Shown: positions 49,323 to 59,119, counted from the first letter of the stretch. The stretch is 64,000 bases of DNA from Candidatus Cloacimonadota bacterium (GCA_018400535.1 JAGYMQ010000047.1:4997-68996), one strand, 5' to 3'. Numbers and translations are program-made. Notes: a model not told the origin generated them from the letters alone.

Positions 49323-50232
49323 GTTTCGCTCCTTTCTTTTTGGATCTGTTCAGAGCAAATTCGATGATCGGCATAAAGGTATTTCCCAGAAGCAAAGCGA
49401 ACATAAAACCTTCGGTGAAGAGCGAAAATTTGCGGATGAAGATCGTTAAAAATCCCACCAGAAAACCGTAAATCCAAATTGCTGTTTTATTTTTTGGAAG
49501 CGAAACAGGATCGGTGATCATAAAAATAGCTCCAAAAAGCAAACCACCGCTGAACATGAAGGCAAAAGCTGCATTACCATAAAAAACGAAATTGAAGAAC
49601 AATGCAGAAACGAGTAAAGAAAAGATCGCTTTCCAATTGGCTGTTTTCGTTACGACCAAATAGATGCCAGCCAGAATGATCAAAAGTGCACTTGTTTCAC
49701 CGATGCTGCCGGCAATATTTCCCAAAAAAAGCTGCGGAAACTTTGCTAAATCTCCTGTTTCGTTATAGATCGAGATCGGAGTAGCACTGGTGATCGCTTC
49801 TACTTTTTGCCAAACAGCAAATCCACCAGGAAATTTGCTGAAAGGTTCCAGCCAATTGATCGTCATTGCATTTGGAAAAGAAATATAGATGAACGTTCTG
49901 CCGACAATTGCTGGATTGAAAACATTCATTCCAAAACCGCCGAAGACCATTTTTCCAAAGGCTATTGCGATGATCGCTCCGACTGCTGCGATCCAGAACG
50001 GTATGGTTGGCGGCAGTGTGAGTGCTAACAGAGTTCCCGTCACGAAAACCGCCATGCTGACTTTTCCATTTTTTTTTTGACGGATGAAAATGTATTCTGT
50101 CAGGAAGGCGAAGAAATTTGTGATCAGAACGACTGTGAGAATGCGCCAGCCGAAGAGAAAAACAGCGAACAATGTGATAGGTAAAAGTGCATAGAGCACT
50201 TTATTCATCATTTTTTGTTTTAAAAATATCAA
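49315..50232 (-). CDS. nqrB: NqrB/RnfD membrane subunit (short form)
   Basis: LTLPP, KMVFGGFGMNVFNPA, ITSATP (FMN-Thr), GSIGETS, FMITDPVS; TTG start overlaps the upstream TGA. Confidence 0.82.
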   Translation of the reverse strand: MIFLKQKMMNKVLYALLPITLFAVFLFGWRILTVVLITNFFAFLTEYIFIRQKKNGKVSMAVFVTGTLLALTLPPTIPFWIAAVGAIIAIAFGKMVFGGFGMNVFNPAIVGRTFIYISFPNAMTINWLEPFSKFPGGFAVWQKVEAITSATPISIYNETGDLAKFPQLFLGNIAGSIGETSALLIILAGIYLVVTKTANWKAIFSLLVSALFFNFVFYGNAAFAFMFSGGLLFGAIFMITDPVSLPKNKTAIWIYGFLVGFLTIFIRKFSLFTEGFMFALLLGNTFMPIIEFALNRSKKKGAKRG

Positions 50233-50705
50233 AGGTCAAATCCTTCTAATTTTTTCAAATGTGAAATTTCTTCGTTAATAATATCATTCAAAGCTGCTTT
50301 TGCTTTTGGTTCTGTGAGAGAATTTCTGATAGAATGAAAATAGAGCATCGTATCTTTTTCAAAGGCAATTGCGAAATTGATCAATTCTTTGGCATTTTTT
50401 GCCTTTGCAGCCATCTGGATCGCTTTTTGAGGATCAGAAAAAATGTGGTCATTCACAGTTGATTCAATATATTTTGACTCTTCTTGCCAGTTTACTTCAT
50501 CCTGGAGATGCTTCAAGTCAATCGCATCACGCAGATCGCGAAAAATTTTCTCGTGTTTCTTTTCTTCATCACGCAAATATCTGAACAATTTCCGCGATTT
50601 TTCTTCGATATCTTCTCTTTTACTGGCAGCCTCATAAAAAGAAAATCCCTGCTGTTCGATCTTGACCGCCATTTCGATGATATCATTTTTTTGGAAAAAA
50701 CTCAT
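50229..50705 (-). CDS. Ferritin-like di-iron protein
   Basis: GGAGG RBS before ATG 50705; AVKIE..FY, EEKKH, AIAFEKD, EEISH. Confidence 0.82.
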   Translation of the reverse strand: MSFFQKNDIIEMAVKIEQQGFSFYEAASKREDIEEKSRKLFRYLRDEEKKHEKIFRDLRDAIDLKHLQDEVNWQEESKYIESTVNDHIFSDPQKAIQMAAKAKNAKELINFAIAFEKDTMLYFHSIRNSLTEPKAKAALNDIINEEISHLKKLEGFDL

Positions 50706-50834
50706 TTTATACCTCCTCAATTTCCAAATATTCCCACTCGCTTGGGTTATTAGAATGTTGAATTTTTTAGTTGATTTTCAAATCTTCGGAGAAGGATTTT
50801 TCTACATTCAGTAAAGTTTCGCAGATTCCGAAGT

Positions 50835-52505
50835 TTAGAAGAGACCACTAATTTCACCATCAATCGAAACATCAATTTTCATTGCCGAAGGTGTTTTTGG
50901 TAAACCTGGCATTCTCATGATATCACCAGTGATTGGAATCAAAAAACCTGCACCGGAAGCGACGAGAATATTTCTGACAGTAACCAGAAAATCTTTTGGT
51001 CTTCCAAGTAATTTAGGATTATCAGAGAGAGATTTCTGCGTTTTAGCAATGCAAACAGGCAATTTATTGTAACCAAATTTGTTGATATAGCGCAGATCCT
51101 TTCTGGCGTTTTTAGTCAGGTCGATCTTTTCTGCACCATAAATTTCACGGGCGACTTTCAATATTTTTTCTTCAACTGGCAGATTCCAATCATAGAGCTT
51201 TCGCATTTCACAAACTTTTCCCTCGATCATATTGATAACTTTTTCTGCCAGGTTCAAGCCTCCAGCGCTTCCTTTGCTCCAATAATCGACGACGGCTGCA
51301 TCAAAACCATTTTTGCGGGCAAAATCTTGCACGATCTGCAATTCCTCTTCTGTGTCAGAAATAAATTTATTGATTGCCACAACTGATTTCATGCCAAATT
51401 TACGAATATTTTCCAGATGTTTTTCCAGATTTTCCAGACCTTTTTCCACCGCTTTCGAATTCGGTTCGTTCAAATGCTTCAGCTTCACGCCGCCATGGTG
51501 TTTGATCGCACGCACGGTGGCGACCAGAACCACAGCCGAAGTGCAAAATTTTCCATAAGGACATACAATATCGAAGAATTTTTCTGCGCCCAGATCAAAG
51601 CCAAAACCTGCTTCTGTAACAACATAATCGGAAAGTTTGAGAGCTGTTTTCGTGGCGATGATGCTGTTAGTTCCTTGCGCAATATTCGCAAAAGGACCAC
51701 CATGTACAAAAGCTGGAGTATTTTCCAGCGTTTGCACCAGATTTGGTTTCAAGGCATCTTTTAAAAGTGCGGTTATCGCTCCCTGAAATCCCATATCTCT
51801 CACTTTAACTGGTTTGTTGTCATAAGTTAAAGCGACTGTGATTTCACCAATTTTTTGTTTTAGTTCATCCAGATTGTTGGAAAGGCACAAGATCGCCATT
51901 ATTTCAGAAGCTGGAGTAATGTCAAAACCATCTTCGCGCGGAACACCTTGCTTTTTTCCACCAAGACCGATCACGATATTGCGTAAAGCACGATCGTTTG
52001 AATCCATCACCCGGCGCCAACTTACGGTGCGCGGATTGATGTGGAATGGATTGTCATTATAAATGGAATTATCGATCAACGCTGCCAGATTGTTATTCGC
52101 TGCTGTGATCGCATGCATATCGCCGGTAAAATGCAGATTAATATCTTCCATCGGGATAACTTGCGAATAACCACCACCAGCAGCTCCGCCTTTGATTCCA
52201 AAAACTGGTCCTAAAGATGGTTCGCGGATAGCAACGCTCGAATTTTTGCCGAGTTTATTCAAAGCCATTGAAATCCCGATCGAAGTTGTCGTTTTACCTT
52301 CGCCAGCTGGAGTAGGCGTGATCGCTGAAACAAGGATCAATTGACCATGATCTTTATTTTCCAGTTTTTTTTGTGCAGAGAATTTTACTTTTGCTTTGTA
52401 ATTTCCATAAAGATCGAGATCAGAATCTTGTAATCCAATTTTTTTTGCGATATCGATGATCTTTTTTTGTTCAGCAGCTTGAGCAATCTCGATATCTGTT
52501 TTCAT
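50835..52505 (-). CDS. fhs: Formate--tetrahydrofolate ligase
   Basis: TPTPAGEGKTT, KGGAAGGG, LHFTGD, HGGPFANIA, TEAGFG, AKTQ, MPGLP. Confidence 0.96.
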   Translation of the reverse strand: MKTDIEIAQAAEQKKIIDIAKKIGLQDSDLDLYGNYKAKVKFSAQKKLENKDHGQLILVSAITPTPAGEGKTTTSIGISMALNKLGKNSSVAIREPSLGPVFGIKGGAAGGGYSQVIPMEDINLHFTGDMHAITAANNNLAALIDNSIYNDNPFHINPRTVSWRRVMDSNDRALRNIVIGLGGKKQGVPREDGFDITPASEIMAILCLSNNLDELKQKIGEITVALTYDNKPVKVRDMGFQGAITALLKDALKPNLVQTLENTPAFVHGGPFANIAQGTNSIIATKTALKLSDYVVTEAGFGFDLGAEKFFDIVCPYGKFCTSAVVLVATVRAIKHHGGVKLKHLNEPNSKAVEKGLENLEKHLENIRKFGMKSVVAINKFISDTEEELQIVQDFARKNGFDAAVVDYWSKGSAGGLNLAEKVINMIEGKVCEMRKLYDWNLPVEEKILKVAREIYGAEKIDLTKNARKDLRYINKFGYNKLPVCIAKTQKSLSDNPKLLGRPKDFLVTVRNILVASGAGFLIPITGDIMRMPGLPKTPSAMKIDVSIDGEISGLF

Positions 52506-52507
52506 AA

Positions 52508-53005
52508 TTACTCCAAATCCTTTAACATTTTTTGGATGTTTTTCAATTTGATCACATGAGAAATTTCTTCATCGATGATCCTATTCAAAATTTTCAGAGT
52601 TTTATCATCTTTGATATTTTTTTGGATCGTGTGGAAGAAGAGCAATGTGTCTTTTTCAAATTGAATGGCATATTCGATAATTTGATGTTCGTCACTTGCC
52701 ATTGTCGCCAGTTTGATCGAAGCATCAGGTTCATTGAAAACATGAGCTTCAGAAATAGTGCGCAGATACGATGCGGCTTCCTGCCAATCAACAGGATCGC
52801 CGATCGCTTCATAATCTTCTGAGCTGCGCATATTTTTAAAAATGCCTTCGTGTGTGATCTCATCATCGCGCAATGAAGTTATCACTTCTCGTGCTGATTT
52901 AGAAAGGTCTTTTCTTCCGAGCGCTTTATCATAGAATTGATAGCCATTTTTTTCGGTTTGAACAGCCATTTCGATCACTTCATTTAGAGAGAATTCATTT
53001 GTCAT
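52508..53005 (-). CDS. Ferritin-like di-iron protein
   Basis: AVQTE..FY, DEITH, AIQFEKD, EEISH; clear paralogue of 50229-50705. Confidence 0.82.
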   Translation of the reverse strand: MTNEFSLNEVIEMAVQTEKNGYQFYDKALGRKDLSKSAREVITSLRDDEITHEGIFKNMRSSEDYEAIGDPVDWQEAASYLRTISEAHVFNEPDASIKLATMASDEHQIIEYAIQFEKDTLLFFHTIQKNIKDDKTLKILNRIIDEEISHVIKLKNIQKMLKDLE

Positions 53006-53016
53006 AAAACAGCTCC

Positions 53017-53475
53017 TTAATTATCTTTCAAAATATCTTCATCATAGAGAACTTCAAATTTATGTTTATGAGCAGCTTCTTCGGCTGCCAGTCTTTGGAA
53101 AAGCTGGGAAGTTTCTTCATGCTCGAAATTCGCAGCCAGATCAGTGTAAAGATTGTAGGAAGCTTCTTCGCGTTTCATGGCTATGATCAAAATATCTTCG
53201 TAATCCATATCTTCGTCAAGTTCCTTTTCAACCATATAATTACTGATCTTCAGATCTTCAATTTCTTCTTTTTTGGGCTGTAATTTTTCGAATCCTTTAC
53301 AGCGAATATTTTCCAATATCTGGATGTGACCTTTTTCCATATTTTCCAATTCTTCCAGCATTTTTCTCTGAGCAGAAAATTTCGCTTGTTTCTGCAAATA
53401 CTGATAAAATTCAACCGCTTCTTGTTCTTTTTCCACTGCATAATCGATGATCTCATTAAAATGATCATTAAACAT
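53017..53475 (-). CDS. Ferritin-like (rubrerythrin-domain) di-iron protein
   Basis: GGAGG RBS before ATG 53475; AVEKE..FY, MEKGH, AMKRE..LY, EEAAH. Confidence 0.85.
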   Translation of the reverse strand: MFNDHFNEIIDYAVEKEQEAVEFYQYLQKQAKFSAQRKMLEELENMEKGHIQILENIRCKGFEKLQPKKEEIEDLKISNYMVEKELDEDMDYEDILIIAMKREEASYNLYTDLAANFEHEETSQLFQRLAAEEAAHKHKFEVLYDEDILKDN

Positions 53476-53484
53476 ATTTCCTCC

Positions 53485-53519
53485 AAAAATGGGGATATTG
53501 GATTTTACCAACATCCCCA
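53485..53519 (-). terminator. Rho-independent terminator after rubredoxin
   Basis: Minus strand TGGGGATGTTGG-TAAAAT-CCAATATCCCCA-TTTTT. Confidence 0.7.
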
Positions 53520-53526
53520 GCTGAAA

Positions 53527-53667
53527 TTAATCTACCGGACTGAACATGTCCTTTCCAACACCGCATTCGGGACAGACCCAATCTTCGGGTAAATCCTCAA
53601 AAGCCACTTCATCATTTTCTGCTGGATCATAGATATATCCGCAGACTTCACAGACATACTTCTGCAT
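53527..53667 (-). CDS. Rubredoxin (short type, 46 aa)
   Basis: Translated by hand: [55 protein letters not shown]; below the ORF-track length cutoff. Confidence 0.95.
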   Translation of the reverse strand: MQKYVCEVCGYIYDPAENDEVAFEDLPEDWVCPECGVGKDMFSPVD

Positions 53668-53748
53668 AACGTCCTCCTGATTTTTTATTTCTCAGCAATT
53701 TTTGACATTTTTCAAATGAGAAAAATTTCGTAAAGAATTTTTGAAAAA

Positions 53749-54333
53749 TTAATAATTTTCCTGCCAGATCTCAAAATATTCTTGCCCATGATCGCAAACG
53801 GGACATTTTTCTGGAGCCAAGATCGATTCCATTATATGCCCGCAATTTCGACATTTCCAAAAAACTTTTCCCTCTTTTTTGAAAACGGTGTGTTCTTTCA
53901 CGTTTTTCCAGAGTTTGCGATATCTTTCTTCGTGTCTCTTTTCTACTTTTGCCACATTGCGGAAAGTTTTGGCGATCTCGCAAAATCCTTCTTCATCAGC
54001 GACTTTGGCAAAGTTTGGATAAAGTTCTGTCCATTCTTCATTTTCGCCATTTGCAGCACACTCCAAATTCTTCAGTGTGTCATCATAACAGACAGGATAG
54101 CCAGCTGTAATCTCGATAGCTTCTTCATTGATGCCGTTTTTGATTAGATCTTTCATGAAAAGTTTTGCATGTTCTTTTTCATTTTCTGCGGTCTCGATGA
54201 AGATCTCTTCGATCTGACGAAAACCTTCTTTACGAGCGACTGAAGCGTAATATGTATAGCGCATTCTCGCTTGCGATTCACCGGCAAATGATTTCATCAG
54301 ATTTTTTGCTGTTTCACTATTTTTAAACTCCAT
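53749..54333 (-). CDS. rbr: Rubrerythrin
   Basis: [27 protein letters not shown]-terminal WKCRNCG..CPVCDH. Confidence 0.95.
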   Translation of the reverse strand: MEFKNSETAKNLMKSFAGESQARMRYTYYASVARKEGFRQIEEIFIETAENEKEHAKLFMKDLIKNGINEEAIEITAGYPVCYDDTLKNLECAANGENEEWTELYPNFAKVADEEGFCEIAKTFRNVAKVEKRHEERYRKLWKNVKEHTVFKKEGKVFWKCRNCGHIMESILAPEKCPVCDHGQEYFEIWQENY

Positions 54334-54344
54334 TTTACCTCCAT

Positions 54345-54605
54345 TTAATTATCCGTGTTCATATTCACCAATTTTGCATGAACGCCCTGTAACAAGTTCA
54401 ATTTTCTGGATAATTCTTCATGCTTTTCTTTTGCACCGACCAGTTCCAAGAAGATCGTTCCGATCTCAGAACAATCTTCCAGAACACCTTCATGTAAACC
54501 TAAACGTGTTTTTATGAAGCATCCCCATTCCGTCAATATTTTTTGAACGGTTACAGCTTCTTTTTTCCTGATATCGATCACGATCAGCAAGAATCTCTTT
54601 TTCAT
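54345..54605 (-). CDS. Small ACT-like protein (TM1266 / 'iron-only hydrogenase system regulator'-like)
   Basis: [33 protein letters not shown] at 54605. Confidence 0.65.
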   Translation of the reverse strand: MKKRFLLIVIDIRKKEAVTVQKILTEWGCFIKTRLGLHEGVLEDCSEIGTIFLELVGAKEKHEELSRKLNLLQGVHAKLVNMNTDN

Positions 54606-54619
54606 TTTTCTTCCTATCC

Positions 54620-55267
54620 TCAAAGTTTTTTGTGGCAGAACCACCAGTCATAGCAATCTTTGTTGTTCTTGCGTTTATTGGCTTCTTCGACGTTTGAAGC
54701 CGGTGGAATGATCACTCGGTCTTTGATCAATTCATTTTCAGGCCAATTAGCTGGTACAGCGACTCCATTTTCATCGGAAAGGATCAATGCTTTGACAGCA
54801 CGCACGATCTCATCCATATTTCTACCAATTTCTTGCGGATAATAGAGAACAAGTCTGGTTTTTCCTTTGGGATCGACGACGAAGACAGCCCGCACGGTAT
54901 TAGTCCCTTTTCCAGGATGTAGCATTCCTAATTTTAGAGCAATCTGGTCATTGGCAGCGATAATAGGAAATTCGATCTTCTGATCCAGATTTTCTTCGAT
55001 CCATTCTGTCCATTTGATATGAGAGAAAACCTGGTCGATCGACATTCCGATCAATTCCACGCCCATTTCTTTAAAATCTTTGTAGCGTTTTTGGAAACCA
55101 TAGAATTCTGTCGTGCAGACTGGTGTAAAATCTGCTGGATGGCTGAACAAGACAAACCATTTTCCTTCATAATCACCCGGGATATTTTTCTTTCCTTGTG
55201 TCGTTTGAACTGTCAATTTTGGGAAATCATCGCCCAAAAGTGGCATATTGAATTTTTCTTCTATCAT
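54620..55267 (-). CDS. Peroxiredoxin (Prx6/TdxH type)
   Basis: [28 protein letters not shown]-terminal CYDWWFC. Confidence 0.92.
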   Translation of the reverse strand: MIEEKFNMPLLGDDFPKLTVQTTQGKKNIPGDYEGKWFVLFSHPADFTPVCTTEFYGFQKRYKDFKEMGVELIGMSIDQVFSHIKWTEWIEENLDQKIEFPIIAANDQIALKLGMLHPGKGTNTVRAVFVVDPKGKTRLVLYYPQEIGRNMDEIVRAVKALILSDENGVAVPANWPENELIKDRVIIPPASNVEEANKRKNNKDCYDWWFCHKKL

Positions 55268-55276
55268 CTTTTCCTC

Positions 55277-55657
55277 CTAACTTTTCCATAGTCCGTGCAC
55301 GTTGCACCATTCTCTTGCTTCGATAATATCTTCTTTTTTTACCGGGAACCAAGCTTCTGGTACATCACCGGGTTTCAGCTCTGCCCGACAGACCTTATCT
55401 TCTGTCAGCACTTCGATAAATTTGATGTAATGTTTTTCCAACATAGGATGTGCTTGATTCTGTCCCACTTTCACCAAAACTCCATCATTTTTTTCTTCGA
55501 TAAAAGGCACATGTTTTTCATTGGAAGAATCTTCTGTTTTTGCTTCCAATTTTGTCATCGGTTGACCGCAACAAACAAGAGCTGGTTGTCCCTCATTTGC
55601 TATTTCTACAACGTTTCCACAAATTTCGCAATAATAGATCTCACGTAGTTTTGTCAT
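55277..55657 (-). CDS. dfx: Desulfoferrodoxin (2Fe superoxide reductase)
   Basis: YCEICGN..VCCG, EKHVP, HPM..HYI, CNVHGLW. Confidence 0.95.
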   Translation of the reverse strand: MTKLREIYYCEICGNVVEIANEGQPALVCCGQPMTKLEAKTEDSSNEKHVPFIEEKNDGVLVKVGQNQAHPMLEKHYIKFIEVLTEDKVCRAELKPGDVPEAWFPVKKEDIIEAREWCNVHGLWKS

Positions 55658-55671
55658 CTTTTCCTCCTTTT

Positions 55672-56184
55672 TTATTCGGATGCTGGAGGTGTAAATGTCC
55701 TGCCAGCCATTTCTTTATCCATCATTAAAAGTCCATTACCTTTACCATCGATCAATTTCAGTTGATACACAATATTGCAGAAAGTATCTTCTTCTTCGAC
55801 TTGTTCATCGACATACCAATTCAGAAAACTTCTGGTCGCATGATCGTTGATCTCGATCGCAATGTCCATCAATTCATTGATCGATTTTGTCACGAATTGT
55901 TCATGTTCCAGAGAATTTTCGAAAACAGCCAATACGGAATCAAATTCTTCTTCTGGTTGGTCGATCTGTTTCAAAAAAACTCTACCGCCTCGTTCATTGA
56001 CATAATCAAAGAATTTCATCGCATGAAAGCGTTCTTCTTCAGCTTGCACTTTCATGAAATTTGCCATTCCCGATAATCCTTGATCTTCCAAATATGCTGC
56101 CATGGAAAGATAAAGATATTCAGAATAAAATTCTTTGTTGATCTGTTCATTGATCGCTTTTTGCATTTTTTGATTCAACATCAT
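55672..56184 (-). CDS. ftn: Non-heme ferritin
   Basis: INKEFYSEYLY, EEERFHAMK, EHE, WYVDEQVEEE. Confidence 0.93.
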   Translation of the reverse strand: MMLNQKMQKAINEQINKEFYSEYLYLSMAAYLEDQGLSGMANFMKVQAEEERFHAMKFFDYVNERGGRVFLKQIDQPEEEFDSVLAVFENSLEHEQFVTKSINELMDIAIEINDHATRSFLNWYVDEQVEEEDTFCNIVYQLKLIDGKGNGLLMMDKEMAGRTFTPPASE

Positions 56185-56190
56185 AGCCTC

Positions 56191-56691
56191 CTACAATAAT
56201 TTTTTTAGAGCACTTTCATAATCCGGTTCTTGCGTGATCTCCGGTACCAATTCAGTGTAGATTATTTTTTGTTCTTCATCCAGAATGATCACAACTCGAG
56301 CCAATAATCCTTTCATCGGACCATCAGTAATGCGCAAACCGTAATCTTCACCAAATTTCAGCTCTCGCAGTTCGCTCAAAGTTATCACATTATCCAATCC
56401 TTCTGCTTCGCAAAATCGACTATGAGCAAAAGGCAGATCACGAGAAATGCAGAGCACGGTTGTATTTTCCATCTTTTCTGCTTCGCTGTTGAATCTTCGC
56501 ACGGAAGCAGCGCAGACGGGAGTATCCAGGCTGGGAAAGATATTCAACACTAATTTTTTACCTTTGAAATCATTCAGGGATTTATCCTGCAAAGTCTTAT
56601 CTGTCAAAGAAAAATCCTTTGCTGTTTTCCCAATTTCAGGAAGCTCACCCGAAGTATGGATCGGATTGCCTTTCAATGTAATTTTTGCCAT
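56191..56691 (-). CDS. tpx: Thiol peroxidase
   Basis: [32 protein letters not shown]. Confidence 0.95.
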   Translation of the reverse strand: MAKITLKGNPIHTSGELPEIGKTAKDFSLTDKTLQDKSLNDFKGKKLVLNIFPSLDTPVCAASVRRFNSEAEKMENTTVLCISRDLPFAHSRFCEAEGLDNVITLSELRELKFGEDYGLRITDGPMKGLLARVVIILDEEQKIIYTELVPEITQEPDYESALKKLL

Positions 56692-57854
56692 TATTTTCCT
56701 CCAATTTGATTTTTTATTTTTTCTTTCACTTTTTGCATTTCTTCTTCGTCAGGAATATATTGCAGTCTAATATTATCCATCATTTCGAATCCACAAGCAG
56801 ACAATTCTTTCTCGATAATGCCGACGCTCTGTCCACCCCAGCCATAAGAGCCAAAAGCCAACCCAATGCGGTCTTTTGGAGCTAATCCTTTCAGATATGT
56901 CAAGAAGGCTGCAACTGTCGGCAAAATATTATTATTCAAAGTAGGTGAACCCACGCAGATGTATTCTGCCGTAAGCAATTCTGTCATTATATCAGAAATG
57001 TGATTATATTGCAAATTCAGCATTTGATTGTGAATTCCTTTTTCATCAAAGGCAGACTGGATAGCATAGGCAATTTTTTTGGTGGAATTCCACATCGTAT
57101 CATAGATGATCAACGCTTTTTTATCAGTTTGATTGGAAGACCATTTTTCGTAAGCAGTCAAAATTTCTGGAATATTTTTTTGCCAGATCAAGCCATGACT
57201 GGGACAGATAGTGTCAATCTCCAGTTTAGAAACGACTTCCAGCGCTTTTTTCACCTGGCGGCTGTAGGGCAGGACGATATTAGCATAATATTTTGCTGCT
57301 TCATTCATCAAGATATTGAAAGGATATTCATCGTCAAACCGTTCTGATGAAGCAATGTGTTGTCCAAAAGCATCATTGGAAAAGAGGATCTTTTCTTCTG
57401 GACAATAGCTCACCATGTTATCTGGCCAATGCACCATCGGCGTCTGTACAAATTGCAGATTTCTTTTTCCCAGATTCAGCGTTTCACCCGATCTTACTTC
57501 CAGAAAATCCCAATTTTGTTTGTAGTGTTTGGGAATGCCTTCGACGCCTTTTGGCGAAGCAACGATCTTTGCTTTAGGAGCTAATTTTTTGATATTTGGC
57601 AGCGAACCGGAATGATCCATTTCGATATGATTTTGAATGATATAATCGATCTTTTGGGGATCGATGATCTCGCTGATGCGTGCGATCTGTTCTTCTGCCA
57701 GATAATATTTCACATTATCGATCAAAGCGATCTTTTCATCGACTATCAGATAGGAATTGTAAGTGGACCCTCTTTGCGTGAGATAACCATGAAAATTCCG
57801 CAGGTCCCAATCAATTCCACCTACCCAATAAATTCCTTTTTTAATTTTCTTCAT
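56691..57854 (-). CDS. fprA: Flavodiiron protein (FprA; O2/NO reductase)
   Basis: [30 protein letters not shown], flavodoxin domain [20 protein letters not shown] before ATG 57854. Confidence 0.93.
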   Translation of the reverse strand: MKKIKKGIYWVGGIDWDLRNFHGYLTQRGSTYNSYLIVDEKIALIDNVKYYLAEEQIARISEIIDPQKIDYIIQNHIEMDHSGSLPNIKKLAPKAKIVASPKGVEGIPKHYKQNWDFLEVRSGETLNLGKRNLQFVQTPMVHWPDNMVSYCPEEKILFSNDAFGQHIASSERFDDEYPFNILMNEAAKYYANIVLPYSRQVKKALEVVSKLEIDTICPSHGLIWQKNIPEILTAYEKWSSNQTDKKALIIYDTMWNSTKKIAYAIQSAFDEKGIHNQMLNLQYNHISDIMTELLTAEYICVGSPTLNNNILPTVAAFLTYLKGLAPKDRIGLAFGSYGWGGQSVGIIEKELSACGFEMMDNIRLQYIPDEEEMQKVKEKIKNQIGGK

Positions 57855-57865
57855 CTTCTCTCCTT

Positions 57866-58651
57866 CTATTTTTGGCATTTTGCGCAGAAAAAAGTGCTTC
57901 TACCAGCTTGTTTGATACGAGTTATTTTGTTTCCACATCTGCAATATTTTTTCTGGTAAACTTCTAATTTTTTTTGGAAGTTTCCAGATTTTCCTGATAA
58001 ATCACGAAAATCTGAGATCGTTGTTCCACCTGCTGCGATTGCTTCTTTCATCACATTTTTAGTTTCACTGATGAGCTTTTGTAATTGTTTCTTTTTTAGT
58101 TTGTTCGCTGATTTTCTTGGATCTATCTGAGCACGATGCAAAATTTCATTCGTATAAATATTTCCGAGCCCAGCAAGAACTGTTTGATCAAGCAATATAT
58201 TTTTGATGGGAACTTTTCGATTTTCTATTTTTTTTGCAAAATAATCGAAATTGAAATTTTTCAAAAGCGGTTCAGGACCAAGTTTTTGGATTGGAAAATA
58301 TTCCTGCTGATCTTGTTTGATCACGATCGTTCCGAAAGCCCGTACATCATCAAAAAGTAATTTTTTATCATCATCGAATAAAAACACAGCACGCACGTAT
58401 TTTCTTTCTTTTACTTTTCGATCTACCAAGAGTAATTTACCTGTCATCCGCAAATGAATGATAATGATGGCGTTCGCTTCTAAAATTATATATTTACCTC
58501 TTCTTAAAACATTGCGAATTTTTCCAAGATCCTGTTCAGCATCTCCGACAATTATTTTTGGTCGTTTCGCTTTCAGGGATACGATCTTTTTCCCGATCAC
58601 AGTGTTCTGCAATCCGTTCACAACCGCTTCAACTTCTGGTAGTTCTGGCAT
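57866..58651 (-). CDS. mutM: Formamidopyrimidine-DNA glycosylase
   Basis: MPELPEVE, RRGKY, HLRMTG, LGPEP, AGLGNIY, C-terminal zinc finger RSTFFCAKCQ. Confidence 0.95.
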   Translation of the reverse strand: MPELPEVEAVVNGLQNTVIGKKIVSLKAKRPKIIVGDAEQDLGKIRNVLRRGKYIILEANAIIIIHLRMTGKLLLVDRKVKERKYVRAVFLFDDDKKLLFDDVRAFGTIVIKQDQQEYFPIQKLGPEPLLKNFNFDYFAKKIENRKVPIKNILLDQTVLAGLGNIYTNEILHRAQIDPRKSANKLKKKQLQKLISETKNVMKEAIAAGGTTISDFRDLSGKSGNFQKKLEVYQKKYCRCGNKITRIKQAGRSTFFCAKCQK

Positions 58652-59056
58652 CTATTTCTCCAAACAATTTCTGCAAATACCTTTCAAATTCACATGATGT
58701 TCGATGACTTTGTGGCCATCAATAAAATTATTTTCATAATGATCATAGGTTTCGTCGAGGTCATAGATCTTACCGCATTTCAGGCATTTGAAGTGAATGT
58801 GCGGATCGGTATTATATTCATAGCGAATTTCATTTTCAAATAAATGTAATTCAGCGATTATATTTGATTGGGACAGTTTTTTTAGCGTGTTGTAAACAGT
58901 TGTCTTTGAAAGAGTTGGAATCTTTTTTTTCAAAGCTTGATAAACCATGTCAGCTGTTGGATGAGTCCTGTTTTTATCTAAAAATTCCAGTATTTTTATT
59001 CTCTGAAAAGAAGGTGCAATATTATTTTTTGATAACAGATCCTTGTATTTTTTCAT
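58652..59056 (-). CDS. perR: Fur family regulator, PerR-like
   Basis: HPTAD, TVYNTL, HIHFKCLKCGKIYD, GICRNC; heads an oxidative-stress gene run. Confidence 0.8.
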   Translation of the reverse strand: MKKYKDLLSKNNIAPSFQRIKILEFLDKNRTHPTADMVYQALKKKIPTLSKTTVYNTLKKLSQSNIIAELHLFENEIRYEYNTDPHIHFKCLKCGKIYDLDETYDHYENNFIDGHKVIEHHVNLKGICRNCLEK

Positions 59057-59091
59057 CTCAGCTCCTCTTATTTCATCTTTGAACTAATAAC

Positions 59092-59119
59092 AACATAAGA
59101 ATGATTACAAGTTTGGCAA
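59092..59119 (-). promoter_or_regulatory. Putative sigma-70 promoter overlapped by a Per/Fur-type box
   Basis: Minus strand TTGCCA-N16-TATGTT; TTGTAATCATTCTTA (59110-59096) matches TTATAATNATTATAA with 3 mismatches. Confidence 0.55.

Noticed and set aside
33385..57854. Selenocysteine or stop-codon recoding in the redox genes
   Set aside because: Glutaredoxin, peroxiredoxin, Tpx, Dfx and IscS have ordinary Cys at their catalytic positions and full-length frames; TGA behaves as a stop.
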